A stretch of 64,000 nt of DNA from Octopus vulgaris (GCA_951406725.2 OX597838.1:43896001-43960000), one strand, 5' to 3'; numbered from the stretch's first letter, positions 1-12,071 are shown. Notes: generated by a model not told the origin, from the sequence alone. Numbers and translations: made by a program.

Positions 1-562
1 CTGCTGTGGTTGTTTTGGCTCCGAGTTATTATTGTTTGAGCAGATAGAGCCATGACCAAAGGTGCTTACGTCACGACCCTGTTCTCTTTGGACGGTGATT
101 CTGGAATGAACTGAACGAACGAGTCATTCATTTTGTTTTTGTTTATTTGAAGATGTAGAGAGAAGAGGGAAGAGAAGAGAGAGGGAGAATAAATATATAT
201 ACAGGTAGAGATAAAAAGAGTGAGAGAGAGAAAAAGAGAAAGTAAGAGAAAGAGTTACACAATTAGATGCAGAGGGAGAGAGAATTAGAAAGAGAGAATG
301 GGAGAGATGGGTAAAAAAAGAGGAAATCAGAGCCAGTGTGCCAATGTGTAGAATGTGTGTGTGTGTGTAAGTGTGCGTATGTGTCTTTGTAAATGTTCTT
401 AACTGTAAATCACGAAGAGGATTTATTGGATTGTAGAGAGGCTGGTTAATGTGTAGCGCTAAGGAATCTCTGACAGAGCAGACCATGGTCCAAAAGACAT
501 TCCGGTCATGACAACCCTGTCTTCTGAGTGGATTTGGTAGACGGAAACTGAAAGAGGTCCGT

Positions 563-597
<35 letters not shown>

Positions 598-602
<5 letters not shown>

Positions 603-1013
603 TAGTTATCGCCATACTAATATGGCATTCTTAAAAATAAGAATAAAGCTGTCGCTGATTAGCTCCATGAAGCCATCGCCTCAAGCTAGCTACTTGACAC
701 ACAAACTGCGTCCGTTATTAAACCTTCGAACAGGTCTGTCTACGCTGCATTGAGAAGGGGCAACAACCCTGAAACATGTCTGTAGCTGTCGGACTAGCAG
801 GTTGAAGCGGCTGACCTCCCCTGTTCGAAGGTTTAATAACGGACGCAGTTTGTGTGTCAAGTAGCTAGCTTGAGGCGATGGCTTCATGGAGCTAATCAGC
901 GACAGCTTTATTCTTATTTTTAAGAATGCCATATTAGTGTGGCGATAACTATTAATTTCCAGAAAGGCTGTTGTAATCTCTTTTAAAGAGACTTAGTAAT
1001 TTTAATATTTCTA
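598..1013 (+). mobile_element. Short fold-back PLE pLTR-like element (137-bp inverted arms 598-734/820-956; HHR in the 85-nt spacer)
   Basis: Arms are reverse complements with 1 mismatch seen; flanked by (TA)n on both sides; hammerhead motif in spacer. Confidence 0.75.
744..786 (+). ncRNA. Minimal type-I hammerhead ribozyme, U3-A8 core variant
   Basis: gctgca-TTGAGAA-gggg caacaa ccct-GAAA-catg-TC-tgtagc: helix I, core, helix II, palindromic helix III and UH site all present. Confidence 0.8.
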
Positions 1014-1042
1014 TTATATATATATACATATATATATATATA

Positions 1043-1270
1043 CTTTATTAAAAGCAGCAGAAAATTCAACAAAACCTGTTACTCTGAGTTTCACGTTCCC
1101 GTTCGGCGGACAGTTTTTTCGAGCAAAAACTGTCCGACGAACGGGAACGTGAAACTCAGAGTAACAGATTTTGTTGAATTTTCTGCTGCTTTTAAATAAA
1201 GCATATTACTCTACGACTGGTATTTGAGTACTCTTTTTTCCACCTTGTTTCACATTTATGTGTTTACTCC

Positions 1271-1272
<2 letters not shown>
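1043..1272 (+). mobile_element. Fold-back pLTR-like element (palindrome 1043-1201, ~6-nt loop) with HHR in both arms
   Basis: Near-perfect inverted arms plus unpaired 3' extension to 1272; (TA)n flanks. Confidence 0.75.
1130..1167 (+). ncRNA. Minimal hammerhead ribozyme (U4C core); mutated mirror copy at 1076-1113 on minus strand
   Basis: ctgt-CCGACGA-acg ggaa cgt-GAAA-ctcagag-TA-acag; minus copy has core CCGCCGA. Confidence 0.8.
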
Positions 1273-1311
<39 letters not shown>

Positions 1312-1314
<3 letters not shown>

Positions 1315-1474
1315 GTAGGAGTGGCTGTTTGGTAAGTAGCTTGCTTGAACCACATGGTTCCAGATTCACTCCTACTGCATGGCACCTTGGGCAAGTGTCT
1401 TCTACTATAGCCTCGGGCCGACCAAAGCCTTGTTAGTGGATTTGGTAGACGGAAACTGAAAGAAGCCCGTCGTA
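1312..1474 (+). mobile_element. tRNA-derived SINE family A (CORE-like ACCTTGGGCAAGT)
   Basis: A-box-like GTGGCTGTTTGGTAAG head; related copies at ~20572-21055, 52004-52167 (-), 53057/55449-55590; partial at 525-565. Confidence 0.75.
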
Positions 1475-1546
1475 TATATGTATATGTATATATATGTATG
1501 TATGTATATATATAGTCAGAAAATACAGTGTACATTTAAACAGACG

Positions 1547-1660
1547 AGGAATCCACTCATGGGATTCAACACGCTAGAAAGAACAGCTAGGTTCTATAAC
1601 CACAAAATTAGGGATACAATTCGACAGGAACGAAATGAAAAAATAAAAACATTTTACCAT
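1547..1660 (-). repeat. Partial copy of the pLTR-like element found at 57040-57152
   Basis: aggaatccactc...aaacattttaccat closely matches 57040-57152. Confidence 0.7.
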
Positions 1661-2077
1661 ACGACAGAGTAAACAACTAAAAGAGTAAAAGAGTTTTTGT
1701 GTGTGTGTAATAATGAAGTCCAAGTAAATAATATTTGGTTTGACTTCATTATTTTGAGGCCTGAGCAACGATGCATTTGGTTTCGCTCTCTCTCTCTCTC
1801 TCTCTCTCTCTCCTCCTTTCTCAGAACAAGGACATTTCTCCAAATATCCAAAGAATTATAATTCCATTCATCTTGCTGAACCGTATTTTATTTCCGTGCT
1901 CATCAGCGATATCTTACCGATTAGCTTTAACCGACACAAACCACAAGTCTTGTCTTCCATATCACCAGTATTCTTGTCTTCCATATCTTTCAACCTTTAG
2001 GAATTGATGATTGTTCACTGACCTTCACACCAAACAATATCTTTTCTGCGTTTTTAAATACCAAGACAATTATTCGT

Positions 2078-2122
<45 letters not shown>

Positions 2123-2268
2123 TGCTATATTGCTTATATTAGTATTTTAGTCTGATTAGAAATCATTGAAATTATGATTCGAGAAACAGCAATTATGTAA
2201 TCAATTAAAAAATGAAATTATTTGTATTGTTACTATACTTCAAGTTCACATAAACATATGTGTCTACG

Positions 2269-2359
<91 letters not shown>

Positions 2360-2397
2360 TTTTCTCTATACTAGATATATGTATATATGTGTGTATG

Positions 2398-2450
<53 letters not shown>

Positions 2451-2501
2451 ATGTATGTATATATATCAGTACGTATATACATTTATGTATATGTACACAC
2501 A

Positions 2502-2540
<39 letters not shown>

Positions 2541-2578
2541 ATATATATAAATATATATATATGTATACGTATATATGC

Positions 2579-2628
<50 letters not shown>

Positions 2629-3148
2629 ACATATGTATACGTATATATATATATATATATATATTATACAGACTGACAGACAGATGGCTAGATTGGGACA
2701 TACAAGCATCCGTACATAGATGTGTTTGTGTATGCGTGTGTGTATGTGTATTTGTATGTGTGTGTGTGTGTTTGTATGTGTGTGTGTGTGTGCGCGCATG
2801 TATGTGTGTGTTTGTAATTATAATTGTAATCATTATTCTGTCTTTTACTCGATAGAAATAATTCAAACCTCATTTCCGCCGACCATCTTTAAAAGTAAAT
2901 TAAGAAAATAAATTTTTATTATTTATTTTCATTAAAAAAAAATATAAAGAAACGGGACAAAAGGAAAAAACAGTAAAAAAAATAACCCGAAAAGAAACGA
3001 GTCAACAAGAACAAGAACAAAGTCAACGACAACAACAACAACAACAAGGCAAATATGATTTTTGTAAGAAATAAATTAGTTTTGTATGAAAGCATTATTC
3101 TGGTTGAATCTGAGTAGATTGTGTTGAGAAGCGCTTGGTTTGTGTGCA

Positions 3149-3206
<58 letters not shown>

Positions 3207-3291
3207 TGTATGTGTGTGTGTGTGTGTGTATGTGTGCAAGGGAGAGAGAGAAGGAGAAAGAGAGGAAGAGAGAAGAGATTCTTTCACCCAT

Positions 3292-3932
3292 TTCATTTTC
3301 GTCTCTCGAACAAACTTCTCTGTCTACCTCACTGTGTCTCTCGAGCAAGCTTCTCCTTTCGTCTGTCTGTCTGTCTCTCTCTCTGTCTCTCTCTCTCTCC
3401 CTCTCTCTCCCTCTCTCTCTCTCTCTCTGCTTCTATCAATTTCTTTAGTGATTCTCTCCTTCTCGTATCTCTTTAACTGTTTCCCCAGCAATTCTCACTG
3501 ACCGTTTCTCATGAGTCTTCTCTAACTCATGAGAGACGGTGATAGAGAGAATGATAGAGAATTGCCATGGAGAGAGCGTATAAGAGAGAGAGAGAGAGAG
3601 AGAGTGAGAGAGAAAAGTGAGAGATATAGAAGAGACAGAAGAAGAAGAAGAGAAAGAAAAAAGAAAGACTGAAGGGATATGCAGTGAACAGAGCAGAGTG
3701 ACAGTGGGAGAGAGAGAGAGAGAGTGAGAGAGAGAGATAGGGAGAGAGAGTAAGTGAGAGAGTTGAACAGAGAAAAGAAAGACGGGGACTGAGAGTGCAA
3801 GATAGAAAGACAGAGAAAGAGAGAGAGACAGACAGACAGTGAGAATTGCTAGGGAAACAGTTAGAGAGAGGTGAGTAGAAAAATTGTTAAACAGACAGGA
3901 GAAGGAGAGAATCGTTAAAGAAATTGCTAGAA

Positions 3933-3996
<64 letters not shown>

Positions 3997-4086
3997 AGAC
4001 AGACAGACAGACAGACGAAAGGAGAAGCTTGATGGACAGACACAGTGAGATAGAGAGAGAAGTTTGTTCGAGAGACGAAAATGAAG
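3292..4086. repeat. Diverged fold-back with ~190-bp inverted arms (3292-3478/3886-4086) and (CT)/(GA) tracts
   Basis: ttcattttcgtctctcgaacaaacttctct... is mirrored by ...agagaagtttgttcgagagacgaaaatgaa; inner IR 3477-3500/3837-3861. Confidence 0.75.
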
Positions 4087-4413
4087 CGAGATGAAGAGAA
4101 TGGGATATGTTTGCGGCTCCCATTTGAGAGGAGATTGTTTAGAAAACATGGGAGGGGGCGGGGGGGGGGGAAGAAAGCCAAAGAGCCACCCAGGGTGGCT
4201 GTAGTCTTTTTGTTGGTGTCGGAGTTGTGCCGGTATTGCCGTTGTGTATTCCGTGCACACAGAAATCCCATGGGGTGCCTCTATAGATTTTCTGAGTGTC
4301 GAACTGAAGGTAACAACAACAAAAACTGCAACAACAACATCAGCAACATTTGTTAACAACTACACCATCAGTATGATACATCGTAAACATCAGCAACAAC
4401 AGTAGCAACAACA

Positions 4414-4783
4414 GTGGAGGCGCAATGGCCCAGTGGTTAGGGCAGCGGACTCACGGTCGTAAGAACGCGGTTTCGATTCCCGGTCCGGACATTGTGTGTG
4501 TTTATTGAGCGAAAACACCTAAAGCTCCACGAGGCTCCGGCAGGGGGTGTTAGCGACCCCTGTTGTACTCCTTCGCCCCAACTTTCTTTCACTCTTTCTT
4601 CCTGTTTCTTGTCCCCGACTTCCTACGCAACCGCTGAGCCTGGATGCGCATTCAGCCATACCTCGATGCTCTCGGTGTCGGGGGTTGACCTGCTTTCTCT
4701 TCTGCGGGTCTTCCGAATAGCAAAGGACCACGTTTCGGACTTCTCCCATCATGCGAGCTCTGGGACGAAGACCGTTCGCTCAA
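4414..4783 (+). mobile_element. tRNA-derived SINE family B
   Basis: GGCGCAATGGCCCAGTGGTTAGG A-box and GGTTTCGATTCCC B-box; homologous to 25870-26218 (-); ~19-bp TSD cagcaaca(a/t)cagtagcaac. Confidence 0.8.
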
Positions 4784-5602
4784 CAGCAACATCAGTAGCA
4801 ACGACTAATCTATGTGGTCGTACGATCTTCTAATAATAGCAGCTAAATATTTCTTGAGTTTCGGTTCACATTCTTAATATTGGAAACGCTGTATAACATA
4901 GTCATACAAGTGTCTTTATGCGCTTCACATTTTATTTGTCTCGGTCTTCGGACATTCCGTCCATCTTTACATTCTGAGTTCAAATTCCGCCGAGATCAAC
5001 TTTGCCTTTTATTGTTTCGGGGTTCATAAAATGACGATCAGTTGGGTACCCTAACCCTAATCCTTAACTCCACCCCCAACTCCAGTGATTATTTTCGTGG
5101 TCTCGACGATCTGCGACTTCGGTCGTAAATCATATCATCACGAGTGAATTGGCAAAACAACGCACATGACAGATCATAAAGAAGAGCTAAAGAACTCGAA
5201 ATTACCAGACTAATTCCCTGTTAAAAGTGTTGGTCATTGGTATACCATTCGATATATATGGTGCGAGCAAAGTACTTCGAATAAGATGCAAAATATTTTG
5301 CTACGAAATATATTAAAAGAAATATTTTCAGCAGCTTTATAAGGTAAACATTTTCATTGCCGCACACGTAACGTACGTGTGTTGTTTAAACGCTAGGGTC
5401 TACGGTTTCTCGTACGGGGAAAAATCCTTTTGAAGACGTGTAGTATTATAAAGTTTTCTACTCGACATATTCTGTATCCAGATTTTCAAGTTGTACCTGA
5501 AGAAAAAGCGAGCGGAGATGAAGAGGCCCCTCTGGGAATTTACTGATATATGGTTGAGATTGGAGATGATGGCTTATTCTTAATGTGTATTTGTGTCCCT
5601 AA

Positions 5603-5825
5603 GACGGTGAAATGGCAGAAACGTTAGCCGCCGGGCAAAATGCTTAGCGGCATTTCGTCCGTCTTTATTTACTGAGCTCAAATTTTGCCGGGGTCCACGT
5701 TGCCTTTCATTCTTTCTGGGTCGATAAAATAAGTACTAGTTAAGTACGGGGGAGGTGGGAGATGCTAATCCACTTGGCCCCTACCTGAAAATTGCCGGCC
5801 TTGTGGCACAATTTGAAACCAATGT
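5603..5825 (+). mobile_element. SINE family C
   Basis: ggcagaaacgttagc...ttgcctttcat...ggtcgataaaataagtac; other copies at ~14927-15140, 33216-33413, 52387-52590, 26240-26360. Confidence 0.7.
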
Positions 5826-6656
5826 GAACTTGTGTCTCACCTGTTGCGCCTACTCCGTCATGATATTGGAGCTTATCTAGATGTTCAAAATGTTTAGGTC
5901 GAGATTGGAAAGAGACGCTGATGGACAAATGTCTAAGGTACTAATTTTCATCTTCAGTTAAACATACTAGAGAAACTTGGGGGAACACCCCCTCTCAACT
6001 ATTCCACTTCTGTCTCTGAAAATTGAAACTACGACTAGACGTTCGAATTTCCAGTATCTTAACCCCCACTCCACGCACCTTTGCAATATTCACTCGTAGG
6101 CAGAATTAAAGGTTAGAATATGGTATTTGCCCTTACTCTTGTTAGTCACTCTAATCTTGAAACTGTAGAGGCGGGTTTTGATTCGTCTAACGTGGTTTTC
6201 CGCATACGTAGGGCTATGTTTCTTTCAATTTCTATATCTCATTGTATGTTTATACCGTTGTTTTTCTCGCGGCAATTTCTTATACCCGATACTGAAAAAC
6301 ACAAGCCTACACCATCTTTATAATCTCAGTAAAATCCCTACATTCATCACGCAGGTGGCAAGTACATGAAAAGGGTTAGGAATAAATGTTAATACTTCTC
6401 ATTAATTATATGCTGGCGACATGACGTCATTTATAAGTAAATGATGTATATAGATCTACATATACATACATGCATATGTATATTTATATTTATATATGTA
6501 TATATTTATATATATACATATGCATATTTACATATACATATACATATTTATATATATACATATATACATATGTATATATTTATATATATACATATGCATT
6601 TATATGTTTATATATATATATATATATATATATATGTTTATATATGTATATATATG

Positions 6657-6743
<87 letters not shown>

Positions 6744-7204
6744 ATATATGTTTATGTGTGTGTGTCACTCACAACAATGCCATATGTATATCAGGTGGCA
6801 TAGCTGAAATTAAAACTTGTGTTGTACGAGGCAAGATTCGCTCTTCGTTCTGCCGTGTTAAATCTCATAACAGCTATGAATGCAAAAAACGAAATTAAAT
6901 CTCGAGATGTTTATGATAGATATAATCTCACTGGAATTACGGATTTCTTGAAACACAGCTTTTAAAGTTTACCTACTGTCAGCAATACTTATCAGATTAA
7001 ATCGAATCAGTCATAATATTTCAACTCAAACACACACACGCACGCACACACACAGACACACACACACACAAAGACACACGTGCACACATGCAAGCACGCA
7101 CACATACATACACACACACATATATATATATATATGTTTGTAAGTATGTATATATATGTATGTATATATAAGTTTATGTATATATTGATGTATATATATT
7201 GATG

Positions 7205-7235
<31 letters not shown>

Positions 7236-7249
7236 GTATGTATATATAC

Positions 7250-7311
<62 letters not shown>

Positions 7312-7427
7312 GGAAACCACTATGTGAGCACGCATATGCTAGAAATAGATCCGCTACGGTCTCACCACTAAGAAAATTTAATTAAATTAATATCTAATGT
7401 CTCGCCTTCATTTTAAATTTAAAATCA

Positions 7428-7497
<70 letters not shown>

Positions 7498-7519
7498 CAT
7501 ATGTGATTATATATATATG

Positions 7520-7555
<36 letters not shown>

Positions 7556-7596
7556 TATATATATTCATATATATATTCATATATATATATATATAC

Positions 7597-7790
7597 ATAA
7601 GAAAAAGGGACAGGCAAAACAGGTTGCTTGACCGCATACCGAAAAAATAGAAATAGCAGTCAAGAATGCTTGTTTCTATCAAAGTTGGACTCCGGAGTCC
7701 AACTTTGATAGAAACAAGCATTCTTGACTGCTATTTCTATTTTTTCGGTATGCGGTCAAGCAACCTGTTTTGCCTGTCCCTTTTTCTTAT
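7597..7790. repeat. Spacer-less 194-bp palindrome in a (TA)n-flanked island (pLTR-like; unpaired tail to ~7917)
   Basis: Centre ggactcc|ggagtcc at 7693/7694; arms complementary throughout by eye. Confidence 0.85.
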
Positions 7791-7917
7791 ATACAGTATA
7801 TATACTGAACTTTACAGAAGTTCCTGCTGGTAATTGGCTATATTTACATACCGAATTCTACCAGTAAATAACTGGGTTTTTTTAAAAGCCTTTATAGAAA
7901 TTATTTACTCTTATCAT

Positions 7918-7950
<33 letters not shown>

Positions 7951-7998
7951 GCATCTATATATATATATATAAATATATATATATTCATATATATATTC

Positions 7999-8036
<38 letters not shown>

Positions 8037-8172
8037 GCATCTATCTATATATATATATATATATATAATTAATCAATATAGGGTGGCAAAAAAAAAAATT
8101 TAGTAGAATTCTTTTGCCACCAGCGGCCTAGTGGGAAAAAATTAAATAGTCATAAACCATTTTTAAGTTCAA

Positions 8173-8639
8173 CATCACAATCAAGGAACGGCCATAATAG
8201 GCCATTCACCCACTAGAAATAACAGCCAAAAGCTTTAACCGCAAAATAACGTCAATTCCGTAAACCAGGAGAAAATTGAAAAACATTTACCCTGTAATTT
8301 CTTAGACGATGCACCGTTTCATCTTCTGTTTAATGGAAAACTAACCTGATTAAATTAAATCAAGCCAATCTACCATAGGCCCTTAGATTCATCAGTAAGA
8401 AATAGCCAATTTCTTACTGATGAATCTAAGGGCCTATGGTAGATTGGCTTGATTTAATTTAATCAGGTTAGTTTTCCATTAAACAGAAGATGAAACGGTG
8501 CATCGTCTAAGAAATTACAGGGTAAATGTTTTTCAATTTTCTCCTGGTTTACGGAATTGACGTTATTTTGCGGTTAAAGCTTTTGGCTGTTATTTCTAGT
8601 GGGTGAATGGCCTATTATGGCCGTTCCTTGATTGTGATG
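8173..8639. mobile_element. 467-bp palindrome (~231-bp arms, ~5-nt loop), pLTR-like, HHR on both strands
   Basis: catcacaatc...gtaagaaat agcca atttcttac...gattgtgatg; unpaired extension 8070-8172. Confidence 0.8.
8408..8516 (+). ncRNA. Canonical-core hammerhead with ~60-nt helix II insertion; mirror copy 8296-8403 on minus strand
   Basis: aatttctta-CTGATGA-atct...agat-GAAA-cggtgcatcg-TC-taagaaatt; 9-bp helix I. Confidence 0.85.
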
Positions 8640-9397
8640 ATATATATATATATATATATACATCTATATATACATAAATTTATATACATACATATATATA
8701 CATACTTACAAACATATATATATATGTGTGTGTGTATGTATGTGTGCGTGCTTGCATGTGTGCACGTGTGTCTGTGTGTGTGTGTATGTATGTGTGTGTG
8801 TGTGTGTGTGCGTGCGTGTGTGTGTGTGTGTTTGAGCTGAAATATTATGACTGATTCCATTTAATCTGCTAAGTATATATACGATAGCTGCAAACTCGTG
8901 CTCGAGTATTGTCATCGCCTGATCGAAAGTCCCACACTTGCAAAAGCTACAAGCAGCCATTTTTGTGATAGGTCTTAGTCCGTTATTCAAGCGATGCCTG
9001 TGCATAATGATTTTTTACGGTGGAGAAAGGATTCGAGCAAATCGAATCCCACTCTCTGAACATGGACAACATAACACATGGTCGGGTCGTCGGTGACTAA
9101 ACTGCTTGGGGATTGTTGCATACGCTGCGGGACGTAAATAAAGCATGTCAAATGGCGGAACACCTGATGAGCTGTCAACATGAGGCACCACACAAAATAT
9201 GTCCATGTGTATATATGCATGTATGTATGGGCGGGGAAGGGGAAATACCTGGGTTGGTGTCTAATCGCGCAGTTGGCCCACTGGTAATGGGCGACCCCTC
9301 TGTTGTTTTGACAACATCTCGCTAGGGGAGGAAAACTGAGAAAAAAACCTGCGACACTGACAGTATTCGAATATGTAGACTAGTTCTTTTCAAGTTT

Positions 9398-9472
<75 letters not shown>

Positions 9473-9610
9473 AAGAGAGAGGAAGAGAAGGAGAGAGAGA
9501 GTAGTATTGGTAAAGCATTGTGTGGCATTACTTTAAAAATATTTGTTGTGCAACCTTCTCAACTTTCTCACAATCCCGCGACCATACACAACAAATCTCT
9601 TTAAATACAT

Positions 9611-9669
<59 letters not shown>

Positions 9670-10337
9670 TATATATGTATATATATGTATATATATATAC
9701 ATATGGAAAAAAGTCAAGGTAGAAAATGCTAAAATAATTTTATATATACATTCATCGCTGAAGTGAGTTTTCTTGAGCATGAATAGAGGCAGTTTTCTTT
9801 TGCGGCCCTTGTTTGTGGAGATAAATTAGAAAGTCTTCGTTTTGGTTGTCATGGCTGGAAAGAGCGAACGATTAAAGAACATATATGATGGACGACATAA
9901 CAATTTGACGTTGTGCATTGTATAATTTCATTTTTTTAGTAACAAATGAACAGATGTGGAAAAATTCATACGGCAATTTGTATACCGTTATTATGACAAG
10001 AAGCGATAAACTTTGAATGATTTGGCTATGTTCTGTGTTGATAAGCGCAATGCATTCTGTTAGCTGATCTATAGTGGAGTGGATTACTGGCATAATGGAA
10101 GTTATTGTTTGACCAGAAATAAAGACGGTGATTTATGTTAAGAAGGATCACAAGCTATGTACTGTTTCATCGAATAAAAAAGGGTTAATATGATTTTGCC
10201 CAGAAATCACGTTTTCGAAACTATAATTTCCACACTCCCCATCGAAATTTCCTAATTCTTAACTGTTTCCCGAATTTTCTTTTTCAACCACGTGGAAAAA
10301 TACAGAGATTACGAATCTGGGAAATATATACTTTTTT

Positions 10338-10503
10338 GGCGAAAGTAAAGAATACGCACAGCCGGTGTTTAGGGTTAGGGTTAGGATTTAGGGTTAGTGT
10401 TAGGGTTTAAGATTAGGGTTAAGGTTTAGGGTTAGGATTAGGGTTAGAGTTAGGGCTTTTGTTACGCCGAAAACAGGTGGTGTATGTATTCTTTACTTCC
10501 ACC
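10338..10503. mobile_element. MITE-like element with ~33-bp imperfect TIRs around degenerate (TTAGGG)n
   Basis: ggcgaaagtaaagaatacgcaca... / ...tgtatgtattctttacttccacc; interior ttagggttaggg repeats. Confidence 0.6.
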
Positions 10504-10964
10504 ATTTGTTTTTAAAAGTTTAATTTTTCTGAAAAAAATACTGAATGGCCCTTCTCCCACCTCGGCCACCCATCAGCTACCCGCTTTCGGGCGAAATGCA
10601 AATCTCTTGCATGGAAAATATAGGAATGTGAGTAAATTGAGGAAAGAAATAGTGGGGCGGGGTACGCAAATGTCATCTCAGACATGCTAGAAACAACGGG
10701 TAAACGACAGGCTTTCTGAGATAACTTCCTTGTAAGTTTAAATGGAAGATCAGTGTTTGAAATACGCTCGTCACAAACAAGAATGACAGAATAGGAAAAA
10801 GTTATTTCCATGGGATTTCAGATGTAATTTAGCGCATAGCAAGAAACAACATAATTAATACAGAACTTTAACTCTGTGTGTGTGCCAAAGGAAGTTATTT
10901 TTTGCATTCCTTTCTTAACTGAAAAAGAAGGAAATGAGAGAGAGATACATAACAGACACACACA

Positions 10965-11027
<63 letters not shown>

Positions 11028-12023
11028 GAATACATACATAAATAATGCATACATACGGACATACATATATATATATCTGTATATATATATATATATATAT
11101 CTGTCTTTAGGTAAGTATCTGTTTCGTTCCTGAAACTCACCATAGCAACTACTTTCACTTATCTAAATGAGAAAGTAAAAACTTGCGAAGTTTGAGCTTG
11201 AAAAAAAAAAAAATGGAGACTTTTGACATTTCATCTATTGCGAAAGTTTTTGTTTTTATTTGTACAAAACGTCTTGTTTTCCAAGCACAATATTATATAC
11301 TCCTTGATACCAAGAAATGAAGATACAGTATATACATAAAATAAAAGCAACCACTCGCAGAATTCATAAAGAACCACGTAAATGGGACACGCAAGATTAT
11401 TTCTACTCTGTCTGTCACCGACAGGGTAATTTCTCAACAGCGAACATCCAAGAAGCAGCTGCAGTAAGGAAATCATAGAGAAGGAATAATCCCATAACAT
11501 TACGGAGCCAGGAAGAGACGCATAATTTCGAAGAATGTACTGGACACAATTATGAATTTCAGTGGAAATTTTCGAATTAAAAATAGCACAATTTCTGTGA
11601 CGGTGACCTTGTAAATGTTTACTCTGGTTGCCTCGATAGGATTGCTTCACATGTATTATAGCAGAACCTAAGAAACTCACAGACGGATTCCCAAAGCCTG
11701 GTCACTTTCCAACGGCGAAATACGATACACAATATCCCACTGAACGAATTCCGACTATATATTGTGGTGGTGTATACGATAAATGATTCGATGGAATTAC
11801 TGGACTTAAGGAAACAATCTTTAAGATGTGTTACAACACACACGTACAAACATTTTGTTACAAAGAAGTAATTGCTCATTTCTATAGTAATGTTCTAAGA
11901 AGTTATGATCAGTGAAGTCCAAAGAATCTTTCGTAACCTGGAGTATCGTTTATAAAAATAGTACTAAATCTTTTGATACCCCACACGTCAAAATCGGTAA
12001 CTCGGTTTTCTGAATGCATAAGG

Positions 12024-12071
<48 letters not shown>

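Larger units (their letters stand above)
6985..8876. repeat. Large inverted duplication (arms ~6985-7230 and ~8641-8876) enclosing two inner palindromes
   Basis: atacttatcagattaaatcgaatcagtcataatatttcaactcaaac... is mirrored by ...gtttgagctgaaatattatgactgattccatttaatctgctaagtat, including the microsatellite interruptions. Confidence 0.8.

Noticed and set aside
2148-2195. HHR-like CTGATTA..hairpin..GAAAC
   Set aside because: Core mutated and no helix I/III closure
4414-4490. tRNA-like sequences at SINE heads
   Set aside because: They continue into SINE bodies and are multi-copy; not tRNA genes
11231-11880. Unique-looking ORF region (possible exon or hAT remnant)
   Set aside because: Only vague motif resemblance, stops in the candidate frames, no clear splice signals
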